The notes under the pieces were generated by a model. The model saw only the letters and a list, made by a program, of their open reading frames with translations, had not been told where the DNA came from and ran no database searches. A stretch of DNA of 64,000 nucleotides from assembly GCA_024679065.1 (NCBI GenBank), contig JAGIQG010000007.1, forward strand, positions 82,522,001 through 82,586,000, written 5' to 3'. The stretch is from Sphyrna mokarran. Its lineage: Eukaryota. This document shows positions 24,583 to 35,099 of this stretch, one piece after another (position 1 is the stretch's first letter; each line of letters starts with the position of its first letter). Made by a program: the position numbers and the translations under genes.

Positions 24583-27500
24583 CTGAAGAAAGGCAAAACA
24601 TGTCAATTTCTAGTTCATTAGTGTGAGTCATAACTTGTAAATAATGGGATATGTGCGGCTTGGGAAATGTAAAATGCAAAGCATGAACCTGGAAGAGTTC
24701 CTCTAGTAGCTAGTAACAATCCACTGTTTGCAATTGTTTAGCAGCAGATTGTCAGTAAGACCATAGTTAAAATGGACTAACAGTTAATTCCCAGGTATTA
24801 AGCATTTCATTGTTTAAAATCCTGGCGACTAACTACTTCCGGTGGCTTTACAATTCCTTTCCAATTTTTTCTAGTTGTTTCAAGTCAGGGAATAAGATCA
24901 GACGAAAGCAATATTATATATAAAAAACTACGGGATGTATAGCAGTTAATTTTCACTCGTAAGGAGAAAGATCGGTTTTATTAGGAGGCAGCCCAAGCAT
25001 TAACACCAGCCCAAGCATTAACTTCCCTTCCATCCAATATATTTTTCCCAGAAAAGAAGACCACTGCTTTGCTGATTAATAAAACCACATTGTTATATTT
25101 AGTGATTTGAACATCTATTCCCTAGGTCACTAAATTCCTCTACCTCTCTTACATAAATCTTTCACAAGGATTTATGTGATCTTCTTATTCTCCTTATTAA
25201 GATGTACTGCCTCACCTAGATTTTTATCTAGATAAAAATTCATTTTCCAAACACATGCTCATTCTGCGATATTTCATAATATCATAAGATATTTCTTAAT
25301 ATCTTCCTGTAATTTATCACAATTATTTTACATATTAACCAAATAGCACCCATACCATCTTCACTGTATCCAGCTGCTCCCCACTTCCATCCCCAACCCC
25401 TACCTCCATCAACTTGTCATCAGAAAATGTTGGAATTGCTGTTCCAATAGCTGAGCATTAATCATTAATACAAGTGCTGAACAGCAATGACCCTAGAACA
25501 ACTCTTGCTGAACATTTTCTATCATTTTGCCAATTTATGTAACTGCCTTTAACCTCCTATTCATTGCTTCCTCTCTTCTTTGTAGTTAGTTGGCTATCCA
25601 CTCACCTACTTAGTCCTAATTCTACTCTGCAGTGCCTCTCTGAATGTCTTTTGAAAATCCAGGCATTTAATTGTCCTTTTCTCAACATTCAACTACTTTT
25701 TCAAATAATTAAATAACGTTTTTAATCACAAACTTCCTTTTAGATATCGGGATATTTTCCATTCACAACGTTTGAATATGCATTTGAAGTGCTGTAACTA
25801 ACAGCTATGATCCAAAAACAGAGAAGTGGAATAACGTACAAATACAATGAACTGCACATTTTCTGTTTTCTCATTTCCAATATTTTCCTATCACAAACAT
25901 TAAACTTATTGGTCTTTAGTCCCAAGACATGTTCGATCCCCCTTTTAAAAATATCATAGAATCCTTACAGTGCAGAAGGAGGTCATTCAGCCCATCGAGT
26001 CTGCACTTAACGCAATCCCTCCCAGACCACATTCTGCAACCCACAGATTTACCCTACTAATCCCTTGACACTAGAGTCAATTTAACATGACCAATCAACC
26101 TAACCCACACATCTTTGGAATTGGGAGGAAACCGGAACACCCAGAGGAAACCCATACAGACCTGGGGAGAACGTACAATTTCCAAATAGATAGTGATCTG
26201 AGGCTGGAATTGAATGTAGGTTTCTGGTGCTATGAGGCAGCAGTGCTAATGATTGAGCCAAGATGTCGTCCTAACATAGAATCTACTTGCTTTGTTTCTC
26301 TATTCCCTTTATTAATGATTGTTTCAAATTTACTCAATAGTACCTTTACTAACTCTGCCTTACTTGTAATAAGATACTTGAAAGCAATCCATCCAGATAA
26401 GGGATCTTACACAAGAAGAATTTGCATTTTTATATTCCTTTTAATGTAGTAAACTGTCCCAAGGTACTTCACCTTGTCATAGCTCTTTAAAAAAATAAAA
26501 TCTGACACCAAATCCCACAAAGTAGCATCAGGAGATGACCAAAAGCTTTGAAAAATGAATAGGTTTTGGAGGAGCAGAGGGACATAATGACGTAGAAAGA
26601 TTTCAGCAGGGAATTCCAGAGTTTTTTTTAATTCACTTATGGGATATGGCCTTCACTGGGTAGGCCAACATTTATTGCCCATCTGTAATTGCCCTTGAGA
26701 AAGTAGTAGTGAGCTGCCTTCTTGAACAGCTGCAGTCCATGTGTGAACTGCCATAGTGCTGTTAAAGAGGATTTTGACCCAGCCTACAGTAAAGGAATGG
26801 TGACATATTTCTAAGTCAGAATAGTAAGTCATTTGGAGGAAGGTGGTGTTTCCAAGTATTTTCTGCCCTTGTCCTTCTAGATGATAATAGTGTGGGTTTG
26901 AAAGGTGTTGGCTAAGAACTCTGAGTTCTGGCAGTACATCTTGTAGATGGTACACACTGCTATCACTGTTAATCAGTGGTGGAGGGAGTGAATGTTTGTG
27001 GAAAGGGTAGCAATCAAGTGGGCCTGCTATGCCTTAGATAATGTCAAGCTTCTTTAACTTTGTTGGAGCTGCACTCATCCAGACAAGTGGAGAATATTCC
27101 ATTACAATCCTGACTTATGCTGTATAAATGGTGGACAGGCTTTAAACTTTTAAGTTTGATTAGCTTAGCAATTATTTTCCCTTTTCTATTTGAGTTTTTA
27201 AAAATCTCTTCTTACAATGTCATGTCCACTGTGATTAGTCTCCCTGGTAAATACAGAGATAAAGTCAAATTCAATATTTTCGCAATTCTGATGTATGTGA
27301 CTTTTTATGAGTTTATCCCTGAGTGTTCCTGTACCTTTCCTGATCACTTGCTTTGTTATTTATGGGACTGCAGAAATCCTCACTATTTATTTTACTATCC
27401 TTGTTAATTTATTTGTTTTTATCTATTTTCGATGTTTTTATTGCATTTTGTTTTGTCATTCTCTCCTCTGCATTTTTAGTGAATACGTTTTCTTTAGTTT

Positions 27501-28116
27501 TAATTTTACTCTGTTTTGTTCTCTGTAGCTGCTATTATTGACTCCTGATGTTTGTTTTTTGGTTGGATATATTTCTCCTGTTTGATGTTGCTCAGTTGGC
27601 TACTTCACACTGTTCTCCAACGTTCTTCTATCTGTCAGCATTTTTCCAGTTTTTCTGAGCTCCATTCTCACCCATAAAGTCAGCTTTTTCAATGTATCTC
27701 TTTTCTCACTTGGTTTATTTTTCCCTAAATGAATCTAGCTAAGAAAGAACCACTTTGAGTGAACTGGAATTGGGACGAGAGGGAACCTGGCTAAGGACTG
27801 GGGACGTCATGCTACAGCTCTTCAAGCCGTGTCGCTGCTGCCAGCGAGAACGGAACATTTGGCGCATAGCCAAACTTCTTTTTATTGCAGCGGGACCGGA
27901 GAATCCTAACTGCGGGAAAGATGATTTCCTTTCATGCCGGTGTTCTGGACTAGTTGAGGTCCCCTAACAATGGCACTTTTCTCGCACATTTTTCTGACGT
28001 TGGCCAGGGCTCACCAGATTCCAGTTTCATTCTCTGGTGTAATTGATTTAACATTTGAACCCTGCCCCAGTCTGTCAGACCAGTTGTGTAAACACAGGAA
28101 CAAATTGAGAAATTAC

Positions 28117-28191
28117 CTTCATCCATACTCTCCGTTACTTCCGAAACTTGAGTTGGACACGGGGGAGATGTAGGTTGGGATTTAACCGTAG
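28117..28191 (-). CDS. TRGC: TCR gamma constant region exon 2, connecting peptide (ATVKSQPTSPPCPTQVSEVTESMDE)
   Basis: Strong polypyrimidine acceptor (ttttctttctttgtctatAG), 75 nt, phase 1/1, GTAATT donor. Contains a single Cys suited to the interchain disulfide. Confidence 0.87.
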
Positions 28192-28877
28192 CTATAGACA
28201 AAGAAAGAAAAACAGATTAGAAATAATCACAAAATTTAGTCATGTAGAGGCAGCTGAGAGCATGAGAGGACGAACAACGTGTTTGCCCATTTTCAGAACG
28301 GCTTTTGGTGAAAGTTGTGTGCGGAGCTCGGCATCTCAGACAGGAAATTTAAATATTAAAACGATAGTTTTCTCCAGTTAAACTATTAACTGTAACGCGT
28401 TCTCTCAATAAATGTTTTAATTCTCACTCCCTGGCCATCGCCCTTCATTACAACCTGTATCGTGTGTTTTGAATTTAACAACGATTACCTTGCCTCAGTT
28501 TACCAGACGCACTGTGTATATTTAATGTACAAACCCTTTTTCTGAAAGGTATTCGGGCGCAATTTCCTCTTTCAGTGAAGAATGATCTCGGGTTTGCGCC
28601 GTTCGGAGCAGATTCGCGAGGAACTAGCGAGAACTCCAAAATTGACAATTTCCTGTTCTACTGAAAATTTATGTTTTTTTAAAAATTTCTACAACAGATA
28701 GTAATTAATCTCAAATTTGCAATTATCTCTCGGGAGACACTGGATTTCATGAAGTGTCCAGTGTAGTATTTGAAGAAAAGTTACATTTACAATTTAAATG
28801 CTCAGATGAATAAATGTTTTTATATCTGAATTGTCCCAAACACGTCCTAGTTACAATAAATGTGTTTATTAACCGGC

Positions 28878-29136
28878 AAGAATCTAGCAACACCAATTTT
28901 AAATCCAACCGATTTATTTGATAGTAAATTTGCGAGCTTTCGACTTTCTGTCTTCGTCAGGCAAATGCAGTGTTCTGGTCTGCAATAGCACACATATCCA
29001 CACATATGCCTGACGAAGACAGAAAGTTGAAAGCTCGCAAATTTACTATCAAATAAATCGGTTGGATTTAAAATTGGTGTTGCTAGATTCTTACTGAGTT
29101 CTTACTATCCCAGTCCAACGCCGGCATCTCTACATC
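28878..29136. mobile_element. Short Penelope-derived insertion with 86-bp inverted repeats and a 13-bp target-site duplication
   Basis: Arms 28878-28963 and 29007-29092 (1 mismatch). TTTATTAACCGGC occurs at 28865-28877 and 29137-29149. The tail cccagtccaacgccggcatctctacatc is shared with other PLE copies in the window. Confidence 0.85.
28931..28963 (-). ncRNA. Minimal type I hammerhead ribozyme motif (PLE-associated), with mirror copy at 29007-29039 (+)
   Basis: UGC-CUGACGA-A-GAC(AGAAA)GUC-GAAA-GC-UC-GCA. Catalytic core present, stem I UGC/GCA, stem II GAC/GUC. Confidence 0.6.
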
Positions 29137-29564
29137 TTTATTAACCGGCGCCAGAGACAAAGTCCCAGGGCAACAATTGGAACAATCGTGCGAAATTGGA
29201 ATCGGTACAATTAGATTTCTCCAGTTTCTGATTATTCGACAACTGATTGAGGGAAGCGGATGTTAGGGACAGGAAGCGGGAAAACAAGCCGAATTGATTT
29301 TAACTGTTTGAACCTTCTACATAACTATTAGTTATATTAAAACGTTATCATCATTAAATGTGCGCGGCTGCTTTTCAATACAAATCCTTTAAAAAAACAC
29401 AAGGATTTTTAAATCCTTTAAAAAATTTTTGAACGGGTTAAAGCCTAAAAAAGTCAAAATCAAAGTTAATCAAAATAAAGTAAAAATCCTCAGCCTTCAT
29501 GTTGATGTTTTGATGGCAAGATATTATAGCCTAATAGGAGACAGTGGGATTGTTGAGAGCCTAC

Positions 29565-29873
29565 CTTGTTTATTAATCGTTTTATCGGGTGTCTCCCTTT
29601 CGTGTTGTGCACCACAGGAGATATCCACTGTGTCCCAATCTTGCGTCGTGATTTGCAGGTGACTGATCACAGAGTAATTCTCGTCCGCCTGTTTCGTCAC
29701 TGAATCCGTAGTTACCTTGTCCGAATCGACTACCTTATCCCCGACTTTCCAGACAACCTTAATGACCTCGGGGTAGAAATCAGTTAGGAGACAAGTCATC
29801 AGAGCTTCGCCCGTCTCCAGGTCCTTGGTATTCGGAGGGAAAAGGCGGATATTTGGTCCCTGAACAGCTTTGT
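29565..29873 (-). CDS. TRGC: TCR gamma constant region exon 1, Ig C1 domain (DKAVQGPNIRLFPP...MTCLLTDFYPEVIKVVW...NYSVISHL...ISCGAQHE...NKQ)
   Basis: Acceptor ttttttaactgaccAG, 309 nt, phase 1/1. Has C1-set motifs (CLLTDFYP, W, YS..S.L, C...HE), a DK start like TRGC, and a GTAGGC donor. Confidence 0.95.
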
Positions 29874-30030
29874 CTGGTCAGTTAAAAAAAATGGAATTTC
29901 TGTAAACATCTCCGCCAAGGACCTGATTTAAACAGTTGGCCACAGAATATTTATCCGATTTCCCACAAACCGAGAGATTTATTTGGAGGTTGTTGGAATT
30001 TCTAGTTTGTTTCTTGTTAATGTTCAAATG

Positions 30031-30260
30031 GGAGTCAGGAATGGAGAAAGAAGGAAGACGGGAAAGGATGGGAGGGAAGAGGGAAGGATATGAAAAGTAG
30101 GGGAACAAAATGAGAGGTGAAAGGAGAGATGAGAAGAAGGGATGGGAGAGGAGGGGAAGGTAGGAGAGGGAGCAGAGGGAACATGGAGGTGATTGAAAAG
30201 AAAGTGAAGAGGAAGGTGGAATAAGAGCATGGCAGAGGAGAGGGAAAGAGGCTCTGATGT
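30031..30260. repeat. Polypurine/polypyrimidine low-complexity tract in the J-C intron
   Basis: About 230 nt of nearly pure G/A on the + strand. Confidence 0.8.
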
Positions 30261-30564
30261 GGCAAGTGAGGGGTTTGGCCGCTGATGTGATTAGTTTACA
30301 CAGAATTGAGTTCAGACAGTGGATTTGAAGCACTGGTTATGCGGAAAGACTGGAGAAGTTGGGATTCTTCTCCTTCGAGCAGAGGCGATTAAGGAGAAAT
30401 GTAATAACATCAGGGAAATATAGTAAATAAGAAAACGTGTACAATAAACAGAGAGGAGAGTAGCAACAGACTTCGGGGAGACAGGCAGTGAGTGGTGAAA
30501 CGGATAGACATCATTTACACAGTGAAGTGTGCGGAGTGATTGATTTTTGAGGGAAGAATAAGGA

Positions 30565-30875
30565 AAGGTGGTACGGTGGTTAGTATTGCTGCTTCACAGT
30601 ACCAGGGACCTGGGTTCGATGCTCCGTTTGGGTCATTGCCTATGTGGAGTTTGCACATAGTCCCCGTCTCTGTTTGAGTTTCCACCCGATGCTCCGGTTT
30701 CCTCCCATAGTCCAAACATGTGCGCGTTAGGTTGATTGGCCTGAGATGTGTCGGTTAGAGGGATTAGCGGGTAAATGTGTACGGTATGGGGGTAGGGCCC
30801 GGGTGGGATTATGGTCAGTGCAGAGTCGATGGGCCAAATGGCCCCTTTCTGTACTATAGGGATTCTATGGAATGG
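30565..30875 (+). mobile_element. tRNA-derived V-SINE (HE1-like). Further copies at about 6735-6900(+), 7050-7190(-), 26090-26270(-), 31750-32025(-), 42290-42470(-), 53133-53440(+)
   Basis: ggtggttag…gctgc.tcacag…cagggacc.gggttcgat head plus core gtggagtttgcaca…gctccggtttcctccca…tccaaa. Confidence 0.82.
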
Positions 30876-32130
30876 TAAATTTTAAATGACGAATTATGTG
30901 TACAGTCAATAGAGAGAAATATTTTTTGGAGGCAGAAGGACTGATGCCGGAGTACAGAGTTGAAGTGAACAATAAAAGATACCGGAGGAGTTTTTTGCGC
31001 TTTAGGGATTCTATGGTTGTTTGGACACAAATGTGTAAAAGGATTTGGCAGCAGTTGTGAAGTGCAGTGCACTGACTGAATAATGATAGAAGCTGATTTA
31101 AAAAGAGATTGTATGTTAATCTGAGCAGGAGAAATTTGCAAAGCTATAATGAATGAGCAGTTCATGGGGCTAATTGGGTAGCTTTCTAATAGACAGCACA
31201 GAGTTGATGTGTCGAATGCTTCATCCTCTATTGTATCATTTTAAAATTCTCCCTAATTATCAAATGATCCCTGAATAACAAGTATAAATGCTTCTTTTAC
31301 CAAATAATCCACGCGCTCAAATATTGGGATGGAACCTGAATTCAATTTCGGTATTTTCTTATTTTGATCACAGTGCAATTCCCGCCTGGGTTCCATCCCG
31401 CTTCTCTGGGGCTACCTGAGCGGGAACAAGATCTTCCCATCGGCCTGTCGCATCCTGGGCTAGCTCTCACTTCATTCCCACAAAACTTCGACTTTCTGAA
31501 TGCTTGTCAGTAACCTAAACATTCAGGTAAATTCTAAGCCGCTTGGCTCTTGTTCTCAATCCTGTTCCAGAATAAGATCTGTAGGGTGTGGAGAATTTCA
31601 GTACACTGCTCCCATATTCATTTAAATCTGATTGGACTATTTATTGTCCAGAATCCCAACTATTTTTGTATTAACTCTAAATTAATTTCCTCATTAATCT
31701 TCGGGATTCACTAAACACTCCCGTTTTCTGCTTGGCATTCTTAAAGTTTTTTTTAAAATTACTGTCACAAGTAGGCTTACATTAACACTGCAAGACGTTA
31801 CTGTGAAAATCTCATAGTCGCCATACTCGAGCGACTGTTCGGGTTACACTAAGGGAGAATTTAGCACAGCCAGTGCACCTAACCAGTAGCTCTTTCAAAC
31901 TGTGAGAGGAAACCGGAGCACCCCAATGAAACCCACACAGACACGGAGAGAACGTACAAACTCCACACAGCCGGGAATCGAACCCGGATTTCTGGCAGTG
32001 TTAATCATTATGCCACCGTGCCGCTCCCCGCCTTCCATGGCCCAAACGAATTAAAGCAAAGGGTTGCTCTGAACCTTGTTAAAATGCTGCCTCTCATTCT
32101 ACATTGGAGCAGGATATGAATTCCCCTCAC

Positions 32131-32261
32131 CAAGCGACAACTTGGTACCAACGCCTAGAGCAGAATGGGTGAATCGGTTTCCAAAGCCCGCGGGGGACGC
32201 TGAAGGCGGCCCATGTCAATCTCACCGGTTTGGTACCAGCGCTGAAGTGCAAACTATCTTT
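32131..32261 (-). pseudogene. Two degenerate J-like relics (LGVGTKLSL|gtgagg and LHFSAGTKP|gtgaga)
   Basis: Both have GGTACCAA (GTK) cores followed by GTGAG donors. No recognisable RSS. Confidence 0.35.
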
Positions 32262-32691
32262 AGGACAGTTCAAGATCGGCACTAACTCTTTCTATAAACT
32301 CTCGCCATCTCTATTGGTATTCTCCGTCTGTGAATTAGGACTCTACCAATTATTGTTGCATTTTATGACTGGGTTTTAACTGTTTCCCTCAGTAAACATT
32401 ATAGGTTTCTGAATTAGAAAATTGGAAATTCTTGGAAACAGGATTGGAGTGCCGAGATGAACTATCCCGGTACTTGTAGATTCCCTGACCCGCGGAATGT
32501 CTCGCAGAGACCTCGTTGTTAACCATTGTGGTTTTATACATCTCCCTGAGCTGTTTTAATGCTGGCAGTGCGAAATACCTGGGATCTACTCAACACCCCT
32601 GAATCCGTTAAAAAACTAGAGTCAAAAACTTCACTGCTCCAACGCAGAGCCACTGTTCTGTGCCAGCCTCTATTCTACTTCCAAAACTCAC

Positions 32692-32738
32692 CTGAGACGA
32701 TCAGTTTAGTCCCAGTTCCAAAGAGCTTTCTTCCAGAC
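32692..32738 (-). CDS. TRGJ: TCR gamma J segment 3 (SGRKLFGTGTKLIVS)
   Basis: KLFGTGT motif, phase-1 GTGAGT donor, 12-RSS. Confidence 0.94.
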
Positions 32739-32766
32739 CACAACGACACAACCCTGTACAAAAACC
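32739..32766 (+). other. 12-bp-spacer RSS of J3
   Basis: CACAACG (32739-32745), 12-nt spacer, consensus ACAAAAACC (32758-32766). Confidence 0.88.
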
Positions 32767-32961
32767 CCGCCACTAGCCCTGTCCTAGATCTCATTAATAG
32801 AAGCTCTGAGCAGAAATAAGATTCCCTGATTCTATAAACTGCCTCAGTGAATCACTAAACTCTGAATAAATGTTGGACGGACTGCCTGCGACCCTGCTGA
32901 TATTTCTGTAAAAGATTTCGCCCAGCCCTTTTGTTAGACACAGTTAAACAGTCAGACAAAC

Positions 32962-33018
32962 CTGAAACAATGAGGCGAGTCCCAGAGCCGAATATCTTTC
33001 TCCAGCTACCACCGGTGA
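32962..33018 (-). CDS. TRGJ: TCR gamma J segment 2 (TGGSWRKIFGSGTRLIVS)
   Basis: W-x-KIFGSGT motif characteristic of J-gamma, phase-1 donor GTTTGT, 12-RSS. Confidence 0.95.
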
Positions 33019-33046
33019 CACTGTGTTACATTACTTTACAAGAACC
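33019..33046 (+). other. 12-bp-spacer RSS of J2
   Basis: CACTGTG (33019-33025), 12-nt spacer, ACAAGAACC (33038-33046). Confidence 0.92.
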
Positions 33047-33128
33047 ATCCTGAGCACCAACCGAATCTCCAGCGTCTCCCCAGAGGGACTCAACCTGCAG
33101 CCACTTTGTGGAAACTATCGGGTCCGCT

Positions 33129-33170
33129 CTTTGAGAAACACTTCAGTCCCAGAGCGGAATTCTCAGATAC
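33129..33170 (-). pseudogene. Degenerate J-like relic between J1 and J2 (FRSGTEVFLK)
   Basis: TTC CGC TCT GGG ACT differs by 1 nt from the J2 core TTC GGC TCT GGG ACT. There is an in-frame stop upstream, no GT donor and no good RSS. Confidence 0.4.
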
Positions 33171-33276
33171 AAAGGGTGTTCCAATCCACCCTAATTACCA
33201 TCACTGCTAATCCGGATACTCAGCACCGCGAGTTTAACTATTGTAAGTTACAACCTTCCACACACTGAAGCCTTAC

Positions 33277-33324
33277 CTGTCACAAAAAGTTTCGTCCCAG
33301 TGCCGAAGATTTTCTGGTAAGTAG
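33277..33324 (-). CDS. TRGJ: TCR gamma J segment 1 (TYQKIFGTGTKLFVT)
   Basis: KIFGxGT motif, phase-1 GTAAGG donor, 12-RSS. Confidence 0.95.
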
Positions 33325-33352
33325 CACAGTGCTCCGGCTCCTTACAAGAATG
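33325..33352 (+). other. 12-bp-spacer RSS of J1
   Basis: CACAGTG (33325-33331), 12-nt spacer, ACAAGAATG (33344-33352). Confidence 0.9.
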
Positions 33353-33854
33353 CAGCACTTCTTCCGTCACCACCTTTAACATGAACAACGCCGCTGGTTC
33401 TAGCAAAGAATTTCATCCCACAGCCAATCACCTTCTCCAGCCTCAACCGACCCGATTTAGCGTTGGTTAATCCGGATTGACACAAAACTGAGACCCAGGC
33501 GAGACCAGAAATTCCCACCCGGAACCCGCGCCCGCTCCGATTTGGAGGCGGGCGAAGTGGTAGAATTTAGGCTCAGATCTTCCCGAAGCGTTCTGATCCC
33601 CGCGTCTGACACGGAAGTGCTTAAATAGCAGTGAAGGTAACCCGGAAACTAGCATAAGAATTTGACTGATTTCCAATCAATCAATGAACAAAAAACATCT
33701 TCATGATTTCACCGAGCCATCTCTCTACTGTGTTATTGTTCACAAACCTGGACGATATCCAGGCTTAGGCTGACAAGTGGCAAGTAACAGTTGTGCCATA
33801 CAAATGCAGGCAATGACCATTACCAACCAAAGAGAATCTAACCATTACCCCTTA

Positions 33855-34008
33855 GTAAGAAGTCTCACAACACCAGGTTAAAGTCCAACTGGTTTATTTC
33901 GTAGCACAAGCTTTCAGAGTGCTGCCTCTTCATCAGGTGAGTATGAGACTGAGATGTGAGACTTCTTACTGTACCTACCCTAGTCTAACACCAGCATCTC
34001 CACATCAT
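33855..34008. mobile_element. Short Penelope-derived insertion with a hammerhead motif (33905-33939, minus), nested in an older LINE
   Basis: Same terminal sequences as the other PLE copies. Motif reads CAC-CUGAUGA-AGAG(GCAGCA)CUCU-GAAA-GCUU-GUG. Confidence 0.72.
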
Positions 34009-35099
34009 CCCCCTTAACACTCAATGGCATTACAATTGCTGATTCTCCACCATCAACATTCTGGAAGTTACCATTGACCGAAACTCAACTGGACTAGCCA
34101 TACAAATACTATGGTTAAAAGAGCAGGTCAAAGGCTAGGAAAACTGCAGACAGTAACTCACCTGCTGACCGTCCAACCCACCACCACTAACCACCACCGC
34201 CCCCCCCCCCCCCAAAGCCTGTCCGTCATCTGTCTGGATGAGTGCAGCTCCAACAACACTCAACAGGTTCAACAACAGCCAAGGCAAAGTAGTCCCATTT
34301 GATCACTACCCCTTCCACAAACATTCAATCCTTCCACCACTGATGAACTGTGACAGCAATGTGTACCATCTACAAGATGCACTGTAGCAACTCACCAAGG
34401 TTCCTAATTCAGCACATTCCAAACCCAAAACCACTACCATCTGGTAGGGCTAGAGCAGCAGATACCTGGGATCACCTGGAGGTTGTTCTCCAAGTCATTT
34501 ATCATCTTGATTTGGAAATATCTCACTGCTCCTTCACTATGACTGATCAAACTCCTGGAACAACCTCTTAAGAGCACTGTAGGTGTGCCTACACCACATG
34601 GGACTGCACCAGTGCTCTCCACCCATTTCTCAGGGGTAATTAGGGATAGGCAATAAATGTTGGATTAGCCAGCAACACCCATATCTCATGAAATTTTATA
34701 TATCAAGCTGCTGATGGTTTGTAAATTTCCAATCTTACTCTTCCACCAAATCCAATACTGCATTACCTGACATCTTGTATATTTAATGTTGTGAGGTGTT
34801 GGTTACAGATCAGCATGTCTTAAATAAGTTTCCATGTCTTCTGTAGATTAACCGTAAGTTTTTTTTAACTATTAGAACTATTAACTGCTGCAGGCTGTCT
34901 CTGTGTTCAGGGTTATGAATATCTCTGTTCAACACCACACTAATTCTGATCTGGGTCATGTGCGGCACTGTGTGCACAGTATTGTACTCAGTCCTACATT
35001 AACCCCTTTTATGTCAGACCATTGTACTACACTGCCTCCCTCACAGCTTTATCCAATGTATTTGGAAATTCATTAGTTTTGGGGAGGGCAGGAGTTACT

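Noticed and set aside
24990-25022. Short tandem duplication cagcccaagcattaac x2
   Set aside because: Simple slippage duplication. There are no spacers or further units, so it is not an array.
29565-29873. TARP-like alternative reading frame protein in C exon 1
   Set aside because: The ORF track shows no alternative minus-strand ORF of 60 aa or more. The ORF starting at 29799 is simply the normal C frame.
29878-30333. 151-aa Pro/Ser/Leu-rich ORF (similar ones at 51.9-52.1 and 54.3-54.7 kb)
   Set aside because: Artefacts of low-complexity pyrimidine tracts.
30565-30630. tRNA-like sequences
   Set aside because: They are heads of V-SINEs, not tRNA genes.
24440-33352. Alternative identity as Ig light chain, TCR beta/delta or NAR-TCR
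   Set aside because: A TM exon with Lys excludes IgL. The absence of D segments, the V IHWY/CAxW motifs, J W-x-KIFG and C DK… all favour TRG. No NAR-type V or supporting leaderless V was seen.
34966-35004. Back-to-back heptamers CACTGTG-tg-CACAGTA between V and J, resembling a D segment
   Set aside because: Only 2 nt lie between the heptamers, the nonamer-like ACATTAACC is at spacer 14, and there is no nonamer on the other side. V-23/J-12 needs no D.
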